Virus record (IMG/VR): IMGVR_UViG_3300036944_000898
Span: 1-64,000 of that record
Length of the DNA: 64,000 nt
From: a virus
Direction: 5' to 3' (one strand)
The notes under the pieces are model-generated. The model was not told the DNA's origin, did not search any database, and saw nothing but the letters and a program-made list of their open reading frames with translations. Below are positions 7,283 to 16,268 of the stretch, piece by piece. The position numbers and the translations under genes were made by a program. Within the stretch, counting starts at the first letter, position 1. Every line of letters begins with the position of its first letter.

Positions 7283-7378
7283 AGTCAAGTGGTACGAGTG
7301 GTTAGTCGATAGACTGCAACGTTACAGAAATGTAGATACAAAGAACATTCTAGGTGGGTTCGATTCCCACCTTGACTT
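7283..7378 (+). tRNA. tRNA-like element (non-canonical, 96 nt, isotype undetermined)
   Basis: Perfect T-arm GTGGG-TTCGATT-CCCAC (7354-7370). 7-bp acceptor AGTCAAG 7283-7289 with CTTGACT 7371-7377. D-loop-like AGTGGTTAG. I could not fold a canonical anticodon arm by eye. Confidence 0.45.
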
Positions 7379-7408
7379 CTAATATTAACTAAAATTAAAC
7401 AAAATGAA

Positions 7409-7591
7409 ATGAATATAATAAAATACATAAAAAAGTTAATTAAAAAACAAAAACTTCTTAAAAAATATAAAAATGATCCTTTAACAATTTTTCAACTTAA
7501 AAAAATTTTAGAACAAGAAATGTTTGAAAAACATTATCTTAATCAAATATATTATGAAATAAGATGTTATAATAGGTTAAAAAAATTATGA
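7409..7591 (+). CDS. small basic hypothetical protein
   Basis: 60-aa ORF whose stop overlaps the primase start (ATGA). Confidence 0.5.
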   Translation: MNIIKYIKKLIKKQKLLKKYKNDPLTIFQLKKILEQEMFEKHYLNQIYYEIRCYNRLKKL

Positions 7592-8601
7592 TTAACTTAA
7601 ATAAAAAAATGGTTAATAAAGAACTGTTATTAAAATATATAACAGATTTAGAAATTTACCAAAAATATATTAATGAAGAAATAGTTCCTGGTAAAAATAT
7701 ATTATCACCATTTAGAAATGAAAATAATGCTTCATTTGGATTATTTAAAGGTGAAGGTGGTGAAATATGTTTTAAAGATTTTAAATTAGGTGGTGGAGAT
7801 TGTATTACATTTGTAAAAACATTATTTAATTTAACATATTTTGAAGCATGTTCTAAAATTGCAATTGATTTTGGAATGGGTGATGATTTTATTGTTAAAA
7901 AAATAAATAAAACTGAAACAAACAATATTATACCAATTAATAGAAATGAATTTTTACATAAAGCAGGTACTTTAAGTCTTCAAAAAACTAAAAGAGAATG
8001 GAAAGCTTATGACTTATTATATTGGCAAGAATATGGTATATCTTTAGATACTTTAAAGTTTTTTAATGTAGAACCAATTTCACATTTTTTTGTAAATGAT
8101 AAAATAATAACAGCAGATAAATATGCATATTGCTTTAAAGAATTTAAAGATAATAAAGAAACTTATAAAATTTATCAACCATTTAATAAAACATACAAGT
8201 GGATAAATAGTCATAATAATAGTATATGGCAAGGTTGGTCACAATTACCTAAAACAGGTGAAATTTTAATTATTACAAAATCATTAAAAGATGTAATGGC
8301 ATTATATGAAGTTGCTGGGATATGTTCAGTTTCTTTACAATGTGAAAACGTATTACCCAAACAACAAATATTTGAAGAATTAAGTAGTAGATTTTTAGAT
8401 ATTTATGTTTTTTATGATAATGATTATGATAAAGAAGAAAATTGGGGTCAATTATTTGCTCAAAAATTTAAAGAATCATTTAATGTTATGGATATAATAA
8501 TTCCAGATGAATACCAATGTAAAGATTTTTCAGATTTTATAAAAAAATATGGAATAGTAAAAGCAAAAGAATTAGTTAAATCACAAATAATACCTTTTTA
8601 A
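7588..8601 (+). CDS. DnaG/T7-type primase-like protein (degenerate Zn finger plus TOPRIM)
   Basis: SPFRNENNASFGLF..CFKDFKLGGGDCITFV aligns to the CPFHxExxPSF..CFGCG zinc-ribbon region. ILIITKSLKDVMAL and FYDNDYD resemble TOPRIM E and DxD motifs. Confidence 0.55.
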   Translation: MINLNKKMVNKELLLKYITDLEIYQKYINEEIVPGKNILSPFRNENNASFGLFKGEGGEICFKDFKLGGGDCITFVKTLFNLTYFEACSKIAIDFGMGDDFIVKKINKTETNNIIPINRNEFLHKAGTLSLQKTKREWKAYDLLYWQEYGISLDTLKFFNVEPISHFFVNDKIITADKYAYCFKEFKDNKETYKIYQPFNKTYKWINSHNNSIWQGWSQLPKTGEILIITKSLKDVMALYEVAGICSVSLQCENVLPKQQIFEELSSRFLDIYVFYDNDYDKEENWGQLFAQKFKESFNVMDIIIPDEYQCKDFSDFIKKYGIVKAKELVKSQIIPF

Positions 8602-8602
8602 A

Positions 8603-9007
8603 ATGACAATTATGAATAGATTACTTGCAGTATGTTGTGAATTAAGAGAAGATTTAATAAATCATAAAATATTAAAAGATTGTAAAAAAGTTGGTGAATT
8701 TTTATCAGCACCTGAATTTACATTAATTAATGTAGAACACAATAATACTAAAGTAGGATTAAAAAAAGGTTCTAACTCTGTTGTATTTGAAGTTTATGAA
8801 GTAAATGTTACAATTTTAGATAAAGTTTCAACATTAAAAGGTTTTTATCAACATAATTACAAAATAAACATTCATGATAAAGCAGTAATAGATACGCCTT
8901 TTGGAGTAGCATATACTTACTTAGAAAAACATACAAAAATAACATCTGATAATATCATAAAAGAATATGATTATACAGATTATTTAACATATAATATAAA
9001 TAAATAA
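8603..9007 (+). CDS. divergent GGCT-like protein (paralog of 991..1386)
   Basis: VVFEVYEVNVTILDKVSTLKG..IDTPFGVAYTYL parallels VTMEVYEVDEKTAERVDRLER..IETPYGEASVYIY. The N-terminal YGSL is replaced by CCEL. Confidence 0.45.
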   Translation: MTIMNRLLAVCCELREDLINHKILKDCKKVGEFLSAPEFTLINVEHNNTKVGLKKGSNSVVFEVYEVNVTILDKVSTLKGFYQHNYKINIHDKAVIDTPFGVAYTYLEKHTKITSDNIIKEYDYTDYLTYNINK

Positions 9008-9013
9008 AAAAAA

Positions 9014-9682
9014 ATGAAAAAAATAGGAATAGTTGGTTGGAAAACAGGAGATAATAGTTTTGGTGTTACTACACCGTATATTGAATGGTTAAGTAAATTT
9101 GGTATTGTTCAAGCTTTATCACCACAAAAAGGAATCGACGAAACAATTGATTTATTAGTATTACCTGGTGGTTTAGATATTGCACCACAATCTATGGGTC
9201 AAGTACCTGGATTTCTTACATCTAATACTGATGTAATGAAACAATACTTTTACGATAACAATTTAGATCAATATTTAGAAAAAGGTACTCCAATATTTGG
9301 AATTTGTTTAGGATTTCAACAACTATGTGTTAAATTTGGAGGACAATTAGTTCAAAATTATGGTTTTGCTTATTCTAATAAAGGAAGACATGAAAGAGTT
9401 GATTCTTTAAAAGTAGTTTCTAATGAATTATACAAAATTGTAGATGAAGTAAGTTTTAAAAAAGTTAAAAAATATGAAGTAAATTCATTACATCATCAAG
9501 GTTGTTTTTTAAAAGGAATTGAAGGTACATCTATTGAAGCTTTAGCTATTGATGATACTTTTGAAAATATAGAAATTGCTAAATTTAGTGAAAATGTATA
9601 TGGTGTACAATATCATCCAGAAGAAATAAATGACGGTTTATCAACATTAATTATTAAAAAATTATTAAACTATAATGAATAA
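9014..9682 (+). CDS. class I glutamine amidotransferase / peptidase C26 (gamma-glutamyl hydrolase, PuuD-like)
   Basis: Nucleophile elbow IFGICLGFQQL, SLHHQG, and VQYHPE (His-x-Glu of the triad). Confidence 0.7.
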   Translation: MKKIGIVGWKTGDNSFGVTTPYIEWLSKFGIVQALSPQKGIDETIDLLVLPGGLDIAPQSMGQVPGFLTSNTDVMKQYFYDNNLDQYLEKGTPIFGICLGFQQLCVKFGGQLVQNYGFAYSNKGRHERVDSLKVVSNELYKIVDEVSFKKVKKYEVNSLHHQGCFLKGIEGTSIEALAIDDTFENIEIAKFSENVYGVQYHPEEINDGLSTLIIKKLLNYNE

Positions 9683-10601
9683 CACAAAATTAATAGATAG
9701 TTCTAAATTATTTACAAGTCGAAAATCTGTTGTAAATAAAAAAAGTAAAGTAATAACACAATTTAGACCAATGATTTTGTCAAGACATCCTAGTCATGAT
9801 TGTCTTAGAGCGGGTACTAAAAATATTGTACCATTACCATATCGTTCTGTAATTAGATTTGGTTCTACAACAGAAGTTCCTGATACAATCACAAATGGTG
9901 GTAATAGAATTGAAATTAATACTATTCAAAGTATTAAAAATTCAGCAAATAAATTGTTAATGAAACAAAAGTTTCAACAAGCAGCAGTAAAAACAGCAGA
10001 ATGGATTTCATATGCTAATATAGAAACATTACGTGGATGGTCTTCTGAAAAATTTCCAATTGTAGCAAAAGCACATTTTGGTTCTAAAGGAAGAGGTAAT
10101 ACCTTATTAAAAACAGCTCAAGAATTAGATCAATGGTTAATAACAAATAGTCCTTCTAGTTATATTTTTGAAAAATTTATGAACTATGGTCATGAATTTA
10201 GATTACATGTTACTGAACAAGGTTGTTTTTATGCTTGTAGAAAAGCTTTAAAACAAGGTGTTGCTGACGAAGATAAATGGAGAAGACACGATGATATTTG
10301 TGTATGGTTTTTAGAAACTAATCCTGATTTTCAAAAACCTAATTCATGGAATGATATAGAAAAAGATTGTGTTTTAGCATTAAAATCTGTTGGTGCTGAT
10401 ATTTTATCTTTTGATGTAAGAGTTCAATCTCCTACAGATTCTAAAGGTAATCCTAGAGAATATCAAGATTATATTTTATTAGAGTGTAATTCTGCAAGTT
10501 CTATGGATAATGGTTCAGGAGAATTATCAGTATGTGCTAAAAAATATATTGAAGAAGTTAGAAAAGTAATCGTAAATAAAGCAAACAAAATTTCAAAATA
10601 A
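9675..10601 (+). CDS. ATP-grasp family ligase
   Basis: FPIVAKAHFGSKGRGNTLL, EKFMNYGHEFRLHV, and ILLECNSASSM (E-x-N metal site). Confidence 0.65.
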   Translation: MNNTKLIDSSKLFTSRKSVVNKKSKVITQFRPMILSRHPSHDCLRAGTKNIVPLPYRSVIRFGSTTEVPDTITNGGNRIEINTIQSIKNSANKLLMKQKFQQAAVKTAEWISYANIETLRGWSSEKFPIVAKAHFGSKGRGNTLLKTAQELDQWLITNSPSSYIFEKFMNYGHEFRLHVTEQGCFYACRKALKQGVADEDKWRRHDDICVWFLETNPDFQKPNSWNDIEKDCVLALKSVGADILSFDVRVQSPTDSKGNPREYQDYILLECNSASSMDNGSGELSVCAKKYIEEVRKVIVNKANKISK

Positions 10602-10602
10602 T

Positions 10603-11688
10603 ATGAAAAAAACATTAAATGTACATTTTAGTGCAAATTTAGTAGATGATTCTATTGTTAAATTTTTAAAACAAGAATTTGATATTAATATTGTAAATTT
10701 ATCTCAAAATGAAATAACTAATCCAAAAAAAGAATCTGTTGAATTATTAAAAACAATTGATTTAATTATTTTTACAGGTGGTGAAGATGTAAATCCTGCT
10801 TATTATGATGAAAGTATTGGAAAATATACACATATTAATAATAAAAGAGATAACTTAGAATTTAGTTTATTAAATCCTAGAAAATTACCATCTTCTATTA
10901 TACGTACAATTCCTAAATTGGGAATATGTCGTGGTGCTCAATTATTAACTGTTCATAATGGTGGAAAATTAATTCAACATGTTGAAGGTCATAAAAATAA
11001 TAATCAAGTAATTGAAGTTGTTGTAACAAGTGGATTAACAATAAATATTGAAGTTTCTTCAGACCATCATCAAATGATGTTTCCTTATAATTTACCAGAA
11101 AGTCATTATGAATTAATTGGATATTCTAAAAAATTCCAAAGTAATACATATTTAAATGGTGCAAATGAAGAAATTAAATTACCTAAAAACTTTTTAGAAC
11201 CTGAAATTATTTATTATAAAAATAAAAATTCATTATGTATTCAAGCACATCCAGAATGGTGTATTGGTTCTGAAGGTTCTAATTATTGTTTAAAATTAAT
11301 AAATAAATATTTATTAAAAAATGAAAACAAAAATGAAAAAAAATCTTTATATTCTTTACCTGAAGGATTACCAGAAGGTAATTTTCCATTAGGTTGGAAC
11401 GCATATGATATTCATGGTGTTCATTATAAATTTGATGGTGAAAGATTTATTGAAGCTGGAGAATTTAATCAAATAAATCTTCAAAAAAAAATTAATGAAT
11501 TAAAAAAGAAATCTTCAATTAGTCATTCATGGTCTGTACCTATTTATGATTCTTTTAATGAAAAAGGTGGAAAAACTGCTAATGAAATAAAATTACCAGA
11601 TATGGAGTATTACGCACCAATTGATATTGTTCAATTAGAACCTATATCACAAGAAACTGAAAGTAAAAATGAAACAAATATTTTTTAA
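10603..11688 (+). CDS. class I glutamine amidotransferase / C26-like protein with C-terminal extension
   Basis: LIIFTGGEDVNP, LGICRGAQLL (Cys nucleophile), IQAHPEW (His/Glu), plus ~120 extra C-terminal residues. Confidence 0.65.
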   Translation: MKKTLNVHFSANLVDDSIVKFLKQEFDINIVNLSQNEITNPKKESVELLKTIDLIIFTGGEDVNPAYYDESIGKYTHINNKRDNLEFSLLNPRKLPSSIIRTIPKLGICRGAQLLTVHNGGKLIQHVEGHKNNNQVIEVVVTSGLTINIEVSSDHHQMMFPYNLPESHYELIGYSKKFQSNTYLNGANEEIKLPKNFLEPEIIYYKNKNSLCIQAHPEWCIGSEGSNYCLKLINKYLLKNENKNEKKSLYSLPEGLPEGNFPLGWNAYDIHGVHYKFDGERFIEAGEFNQINLQKKINELKKKSSISHSWSVPIYDSFNEKGGKTANEIKLPDMEYYAPIDIVQLEPISQETESKNETNIF

Positions 11689-11705
11689 TTAAAAACATAA
11701 AATAA

Positions 11706-12512
11706 ATGAAAAAACACGAAATAAAATTAGGAAGCGATCCGGAAATATTTATTGAAAAAAATGGTGAAATTGTATCTGCTGTTGGAATGATTCCAGGTAC
11801 TAAAAACGACCCACATCCAATTACAAATAAAGGTCATTGTATTCAAACAGACAATATTGCGTTTGAATTTAACATTCCACCATGTAGTACTCCTGAAGAA
11901 TATGTTGAAAACATTAATTTTGTAAAAGAACATTTAGAAGTATTAGCTAAAGCTAATGGTTGTACATTATCTGCATTAGCTTCTGGAGAAATAAATCCTA
12001 TTTATTTACAAACAGAACAAGCTCAAACATTTGGTTGTGAACCAGATTTAAACGTTTATTTACAAGATGTTAATCCCGCTCTAAATTCTGATACAAACTT
12101 TAGATGTGTTGGTGGTCATGTTCATATTGGTTATCCAAATCCAGATTTTGAAGTTTCTGAAAGGATTGTTAAAATGTTTGATATGTTAGTAACTCTTCCA
12201 GCTTTATTGAAAGATAAAGATGATCAAAGAAGAAAACAATATGGTAAAGCAGGTTCATTTAGACAAAAAGATTTTGGTGTAGAATGTAGAGCTTTATCTA
12301 ATTTTTGGATTCATTCAGATAAATTAATTAAGTGGGTTTTTGAACAAACAGTTGAAGCTGTTGAAATAGTATTAAATAATGAAGATGAATCCTTTATTAA
12401 TAAATTTTCAGAACGTGTTCAAGAAACAATTGATTCAAACAATAAAGTTGAAGCAAAAATATTAATTGTTGAAATTGAAAAAGAAAAACAATTAAAATTA
12501 GTATTTGTTTAA
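11706..12512 (+). CDS. glutamine-synthetase-fold COOH-NH2 ligase (amidoligase)-like protein
   Basis: Motif series LGSDPEIF, IAFEFNI, GGHVHIGY, GVECRAL. This is the same E..E / HxH / ExR series as ORF 14517. Confidence 0.5.
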   Translation: MKKHEIKLGSDPEIFIEKNGEIVSAVGMIPGTKNDPHPITNKGHCIQTDNIAFEFNIPPCSTPEEYVENINFVKEHLEVLAKANGCTLSALASGEINPIYLQTEQAQTFGCEPDLNVYLQDVNPALNSDTNFRCVGGHVHIGYPNPDFEVSERIVKMFDMLVTLPALLKDKDDQRRKQYGKAGSFRQKDFGVECRALSNFWIHSDKLIKWVFEQTVEAVEIVLNNEDESFINKFSERVQETIDSNNKVEAKILIVEIEKEKQLKLVFV

Positions 12513-12543
12513 TATTAATTACAAAATAAAAAAAATATAAAAA

Positions 12544-14502
12544 ATGATACAAACAATATTAATATTATTATTATTGCATTATATTGGATTATACATCTTT
12601 AAACCCAAGCATAACACATTAAATTGTGGATTGTTTGGTTGGTCAGGTAAAGATGTTAAAAAATTCAATAAAGATAAATTTGACAAATTAGGAATTTTAA
12701 ATGTTGAAAGAGGAAAAAGTTCTTGTGGTATTGCTTTTGATGGTGATATACAAATTGGAATTGATTCTGAAAAACTTTATTATGATTTTATAGTAGAACG
12801 TGAAATTAAACCTGAAAGATTTCCTGTTGTAATTGGTCACACAAGACAAAATAGTGTAGGTTTAACAAATGTTTTTAATGCACACCCTTTTGGTTTTGAT
12901 GATAATAATGGTGATTATATATTTATAGGTGCACATAACGGTACTTTAAAAAATTATAAAGATTTAGCAAAACAATATGAAATTGATGAAACAATAGAAT
13001 CTCATCATTATGATAAAGATGGAAAAGAAACTGTTGTAAAAAGAGATAAAATTGATTCTGAAATTTTATTAGAAATTATATACAAACATAAAAACTTTAA
13101 AGTTTTAAGTGAATATATTGGTGGTGCAGCATTAGTTTTTACTGATACTACAAATCCTAATATTTTATATTTATTTAAAGGTAAATCTAAAGATTATAAA
13201 AGTAGTGCTTATGAATTAACAGAAAGACCTTTATTTGTTTATGTTGAAAATAAAAATTCAATGTATTTTTCTTCATTAGAAGATTCTTTAAAAACAATTG
13301 GTGGTAATGATGATAACATTATAGATATTGATCCAAATACTGTTTATAAAATAACAAATGGTGATTTTAAAAATGCTGAAAAAATAAGCGTTACAAGAAT
13401 AAATGCTGCACAAAATCCCAGTTACAGTTCTTCAAAAAGTTATGGACCAAATTATTCTGTTTTTGATGAAGAAGATTGGATAATGAATGGAAATCGTAGT
13501 GCTTTTAACGTAAAAAAGGAAAAAGAGGAAGAGAAAAGCACAAAAATAATAACTCTTCCAGCGGCAACAACCGTAAAAGAAAAAGAAAAAGAAAAAAAAG
13601 ATTTTAATATTTATGAAGATGAAACATTAAAACCAATTAATGATTATTATGGTCGTCCTTATTTTAATAAATTAAGATGGTGGAGAAATGGTCAATTACT
13701 TACAGGTATTCATGTTTGGATTAATAATTACGGTTATTATCCAATAGGTAGTACTACAAAAACAGCAAATGATAGATTTTGGTTATATACTGATAAAGTT
13801 TTTGACGGTAAAGAATTTATTATGGATGAAAGTATTACAGGTATTATACCATTTGAATCTTCTAGAATAATAGAACCACCATTATTTTATTTTGTAGAAG
13901 GTGTTCAAGTAAAAACAGCTATTGATTATTCTCATTTTTATCATAAATATACAATGATGCAAGATCGTACTAAATATTTAGATTACATTCAATTATCTCA
14001 AATTTCAACACATCCTGTTATTAATTTAAATTTTTCTAAAAAAGATAATAGTTTACAAAATATTGTAAAAAATGGTATTATTGTAGAAAGTCTTACTTGT
14101 ACATTAATTGGTGCTGATAAAATTTATACAATAAAAAAAGGAAATTTAGTTGATACTACAACAAATCTTTATTTTGCTAATTTTAAAGAAGATTTTTACA
14201 ATATAGAAAAAGAAGATGACAATATGATAGATATTAAAGATTATGTAAATATAAAATTAGATAAAGAATCTGAAATTTTAGAACAAAATGATGATGAACT
14301 TTTAGAAAACTTAGTAGCTAAAGAAAAAGAAAATAATCAGATAATTAGAGATTTATGTGAAGAAGATTTTACAGAACCTATTAAAGATTTTCAACAAATA
14401 AGAACAAAATTATTTAATAATTTTTCAGATAACTCATTAGCTATAAAAGTTATAAGTTTTGTAGATAATGCAATGAAAGACATGAAAGAATTTATAAATT
14501 AA
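12544..14502 (+). CDS. class II (Ntn) glutamine amidotransferase domain protein with hydrophobic pro-segment and large C-terminal extension
   Basis: NCGLFGWSG (Cys28), GHTRQNSVG and NAHPF resemble PurF/GlmS-type GATase. Residues 1-20 are strongly hydrophobic. A KE-rich linker is followed by ~300 aa of unknown function. Confidence 0.6.
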   Translation: MIQTILILLLLHYIGLYIFKPKHNTLNCGLFGWSGKDVKKFNKDKFDKLGILNVERGKSSCGIAFDGDIQIGIDSEKLYYDFIVEREIKPERFPVVIGHTRQNSVGLTNVFNAHPFGFDDNNGDYIFIGAHNGTLKNYKDLAKQYEIDETIESHHYDKDGKETVVKRDKIDSEILLEIIYKHKNFKVLSEYIGGAALVFTDTTNPNILYLFKGKSKDYKSSAYELTERPLFVYVENKNSMYFSSLEDSLKTIGGNDDNIIDIDPNTVYKITNGDFKNAEKISVTRINAAQNPSYSSSKSYGPNYSVFDEEDWIMNGNRSAFNVKKEKEEEKSTKIITLPAATTVKEKEKEKKDFNIYEDETLKPINDYYGRPYFNKLRWWRNGQLLTGIHVWINNYGYYPIGSTTKTANDRFWLYTDKVFDGKEFIMDESITGIIPFESSRIIEPPLFYFVEGVQVKTAIDYSHFYHKYTMMQDRTKYLDYIQLSQISTHPVINLNFSKKDNSLQNIVKNGIIVESLTCTLIGADKIYTIKKGNLVDTTTNLYFANFKEDFYNIEKEDDNMIDIKDYVNIKLDKESEILEQNDDELLENLVAKEKENNQIIRDLCEEDFTEPIKDFQQIRTKLFNNFSDNSLAIKVISFVDNAMKDMKEFIN

Positions 14503-14516
14503 AAGTTAAAAAAAAT

Positions 14517-16265
14517 ATGTCTAAAAAAAACATAACAACAATAAAAGGAGAAGAATTACCTATTTCCAAAGCTAAAAAGTTTCCAAATGGTTATTATAAA
14601 ATAGGTGATATTAATGTTGAAAATTCAGGAGATTGTTATAAAATTAATGATAAATTTTATAGATTTGAAACAGGTCAAATTGGTTTTAATTATTCAACTA
14701 AAAAATATCAATTATTAACAAATGATTTAATATTAGGTTTAGTTGAAGATAATAAATTTGCTTACTTTAGCATAAATGAACAAGATAAATTACCTATTGT
14801 TTTAGAAAACGGAACTAAAACATTTGTAATAAATGAAAAAGTTTTAAATAGTAATTTAAACTATAGAGAACGATTATCTACAGGTGAATTTGTTCATATT
14901 TCAAAATTAAATGCTAAAGATTTTAATAAAATTTTACTTCCTAAAAATGATTATAAAACAAGTTTACCATATGACTCAAATGGTATAACACAAAAATATT
15001 CTGATATTTATAATCACTTATATGATTCAAATATAAATACATATTCATATGGTTTAGGTAAATTTTTAAATAAATTAACATTTGGTTTAGAATTTGAAAC
15101 AACTGCTGGTTTTATTCCTGAAAGAATTACTAAAAAATTAGGATTAATTCCTTTAAGAGATGGTAGTATTCCAGGTTTAGAATATGTAACAGTTCCATTA
15201 TCTGGACCAAAAGGTGTTCAAACAGTTGTAGATATTTGTAAAGAATTAGAAAAAAGAACAGAGTTTGACAATTCTTGTGCCTTACATTTACATATTGGAG
15301 GTGTACCTAGAACACCTGAATTTATTTTAGCTTTTTTAAAATTAAGTTCTTGGATGCAAAATGATATTTTTACTTTATTTCCATTATATAAAAAATATAA
15401 TATGGGAATTAAAAATAAAAATTATAGTAAACCATATGATTTATTTGAAATTTTTAGTAAATTAGATTCTGTAATTAATAGTTCTAATATTAATAAGAAT
15501 TTTGATGTATTATTTTCATTTTTAACTTCAGGTAAAGCTACTTTTAATGATTATAATAATGATTTAAATAAAGTAGAAGTACATCCTTTAGATCCATCAA
15601 CACATCAAAAATGGAATATTAAAACAAGATATTTTTTACATAATTTTATTCCATTAATATTTGGTAATAAACAAACAATTGAATTTAGAATTCATACACC
15701 AACGTTTGATAATTACAGAGTTTTAATGTTTTTATTATTTAACAGCATGTTAATTAAATTTACTGAAAAATATCAAAATAAAATATTACAAGATCCTAAT
15801 TTTTTCAGATTAATCACAAACAATGGTGATTCACGTTCAAATTTATTTAATTTATTATATTTTTATAGAAATAACGAAAGTGTTACAAATGAAGTTAGTT
15901 CTTTAATTCGTTCATTATCTCATTATTTTCAGGTAAGAAAGTCAGAAACAGAAACTTTAACCAGAGATGGTAAAATTGAATTTGAAGATAAAGATATTAT
16001 ATTTAATCCTGACATTAATTTTGATTGTATTCGTCATATTCCTTGTGAAAAATCTAATATTAAGTTACAACCTGAATTACCAAGTTTAGAACCAGAAACA
16101 ATAAAAGAATTAGCAAATATTGTTTCTAAAAAACCAATTAATACTAAAGGTTTAGTTGAACAAATAAAAGAAACTTTAAACGGTGAATTTAAAGTTGAAT
16201 CTCCATTTTTATGGTATGAAGAATTTGAAAAACAACAAATAGTTAGAGTAAATAAAAATAAATAA
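14517..16265 (+). CDS. amidoligase (Amidoligase_2-like, GS fold) with N-terminal extension
   Basis: FGLEFETTAG, RDGSIPGLEYVTVPL, CALHLHIGG, TIEFRIHTPT. Confidence 0.6.
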   Translation: MSKKNITTIKGEELPISKAKKFPNGYYKIGDINVENSGDCYKINDKFYRFETGQIGFNYSTKKYQLLTNDLILGLVEDNKFAYFSINEQDKLPIVLENGTKTFVINEKVLNSNLNYRERLSTGEFVHISKLNAKDFNKILLPKNDYKTSLPYDSNGITQKYSDIYNHLYDSNINTYSYGLGKFLNKLTFGLEFETTAGFIPERITKKLGLIPLRDGSIPGLEYVTVPLSGPKGVQTVVDICKELEKRTEFDNSCALHLHIGGVPRTPEFILAFLKLSSWMQNDIFTLFPLYKKYNMGIKNKNYSKPYDLFEIFSKLDSVINSSNINKNFDVLFSFLTSGKATFNDYNNDLNKVEVHPLDPSTHQKWNIKTRYFLHNFIPLIFGNKQTIEFRIHTPTFDNYRVLMFLLFNSMLIKFTEKYQNKILQDPNFFRLITNNGDSRSNLFNLLYFYRNNESVTNEVSSLIRSLSHYFQVRKSETETLTRDGKIEFEDKDIIFNPDINFDCIRHIPCEKSNIKLQPELPSLEPETIKELANIVSKKPINTKGLVEQIKETLNGEFKVESPFLWYEEFEKQQIVRVNKNK

Positions 16266-16268
16266 TTA

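Noticed and set aside
7026-7378. tmRNA spanning the non-coding region and the tRNA-like end
   Set aside because: The acceptor partner lies only ~90 nt upstream of the T-arm. There is no GGGG-type 5' end, no G3:U70 pair and no recognisable tag reading frame.
7283-7378. tRNA-like element as an attP core for integration
   Set aside because: No integrase, excisionase or repressor is seen in the window, and both acceptor strands are present rather than only a 3' tRNA fragment.
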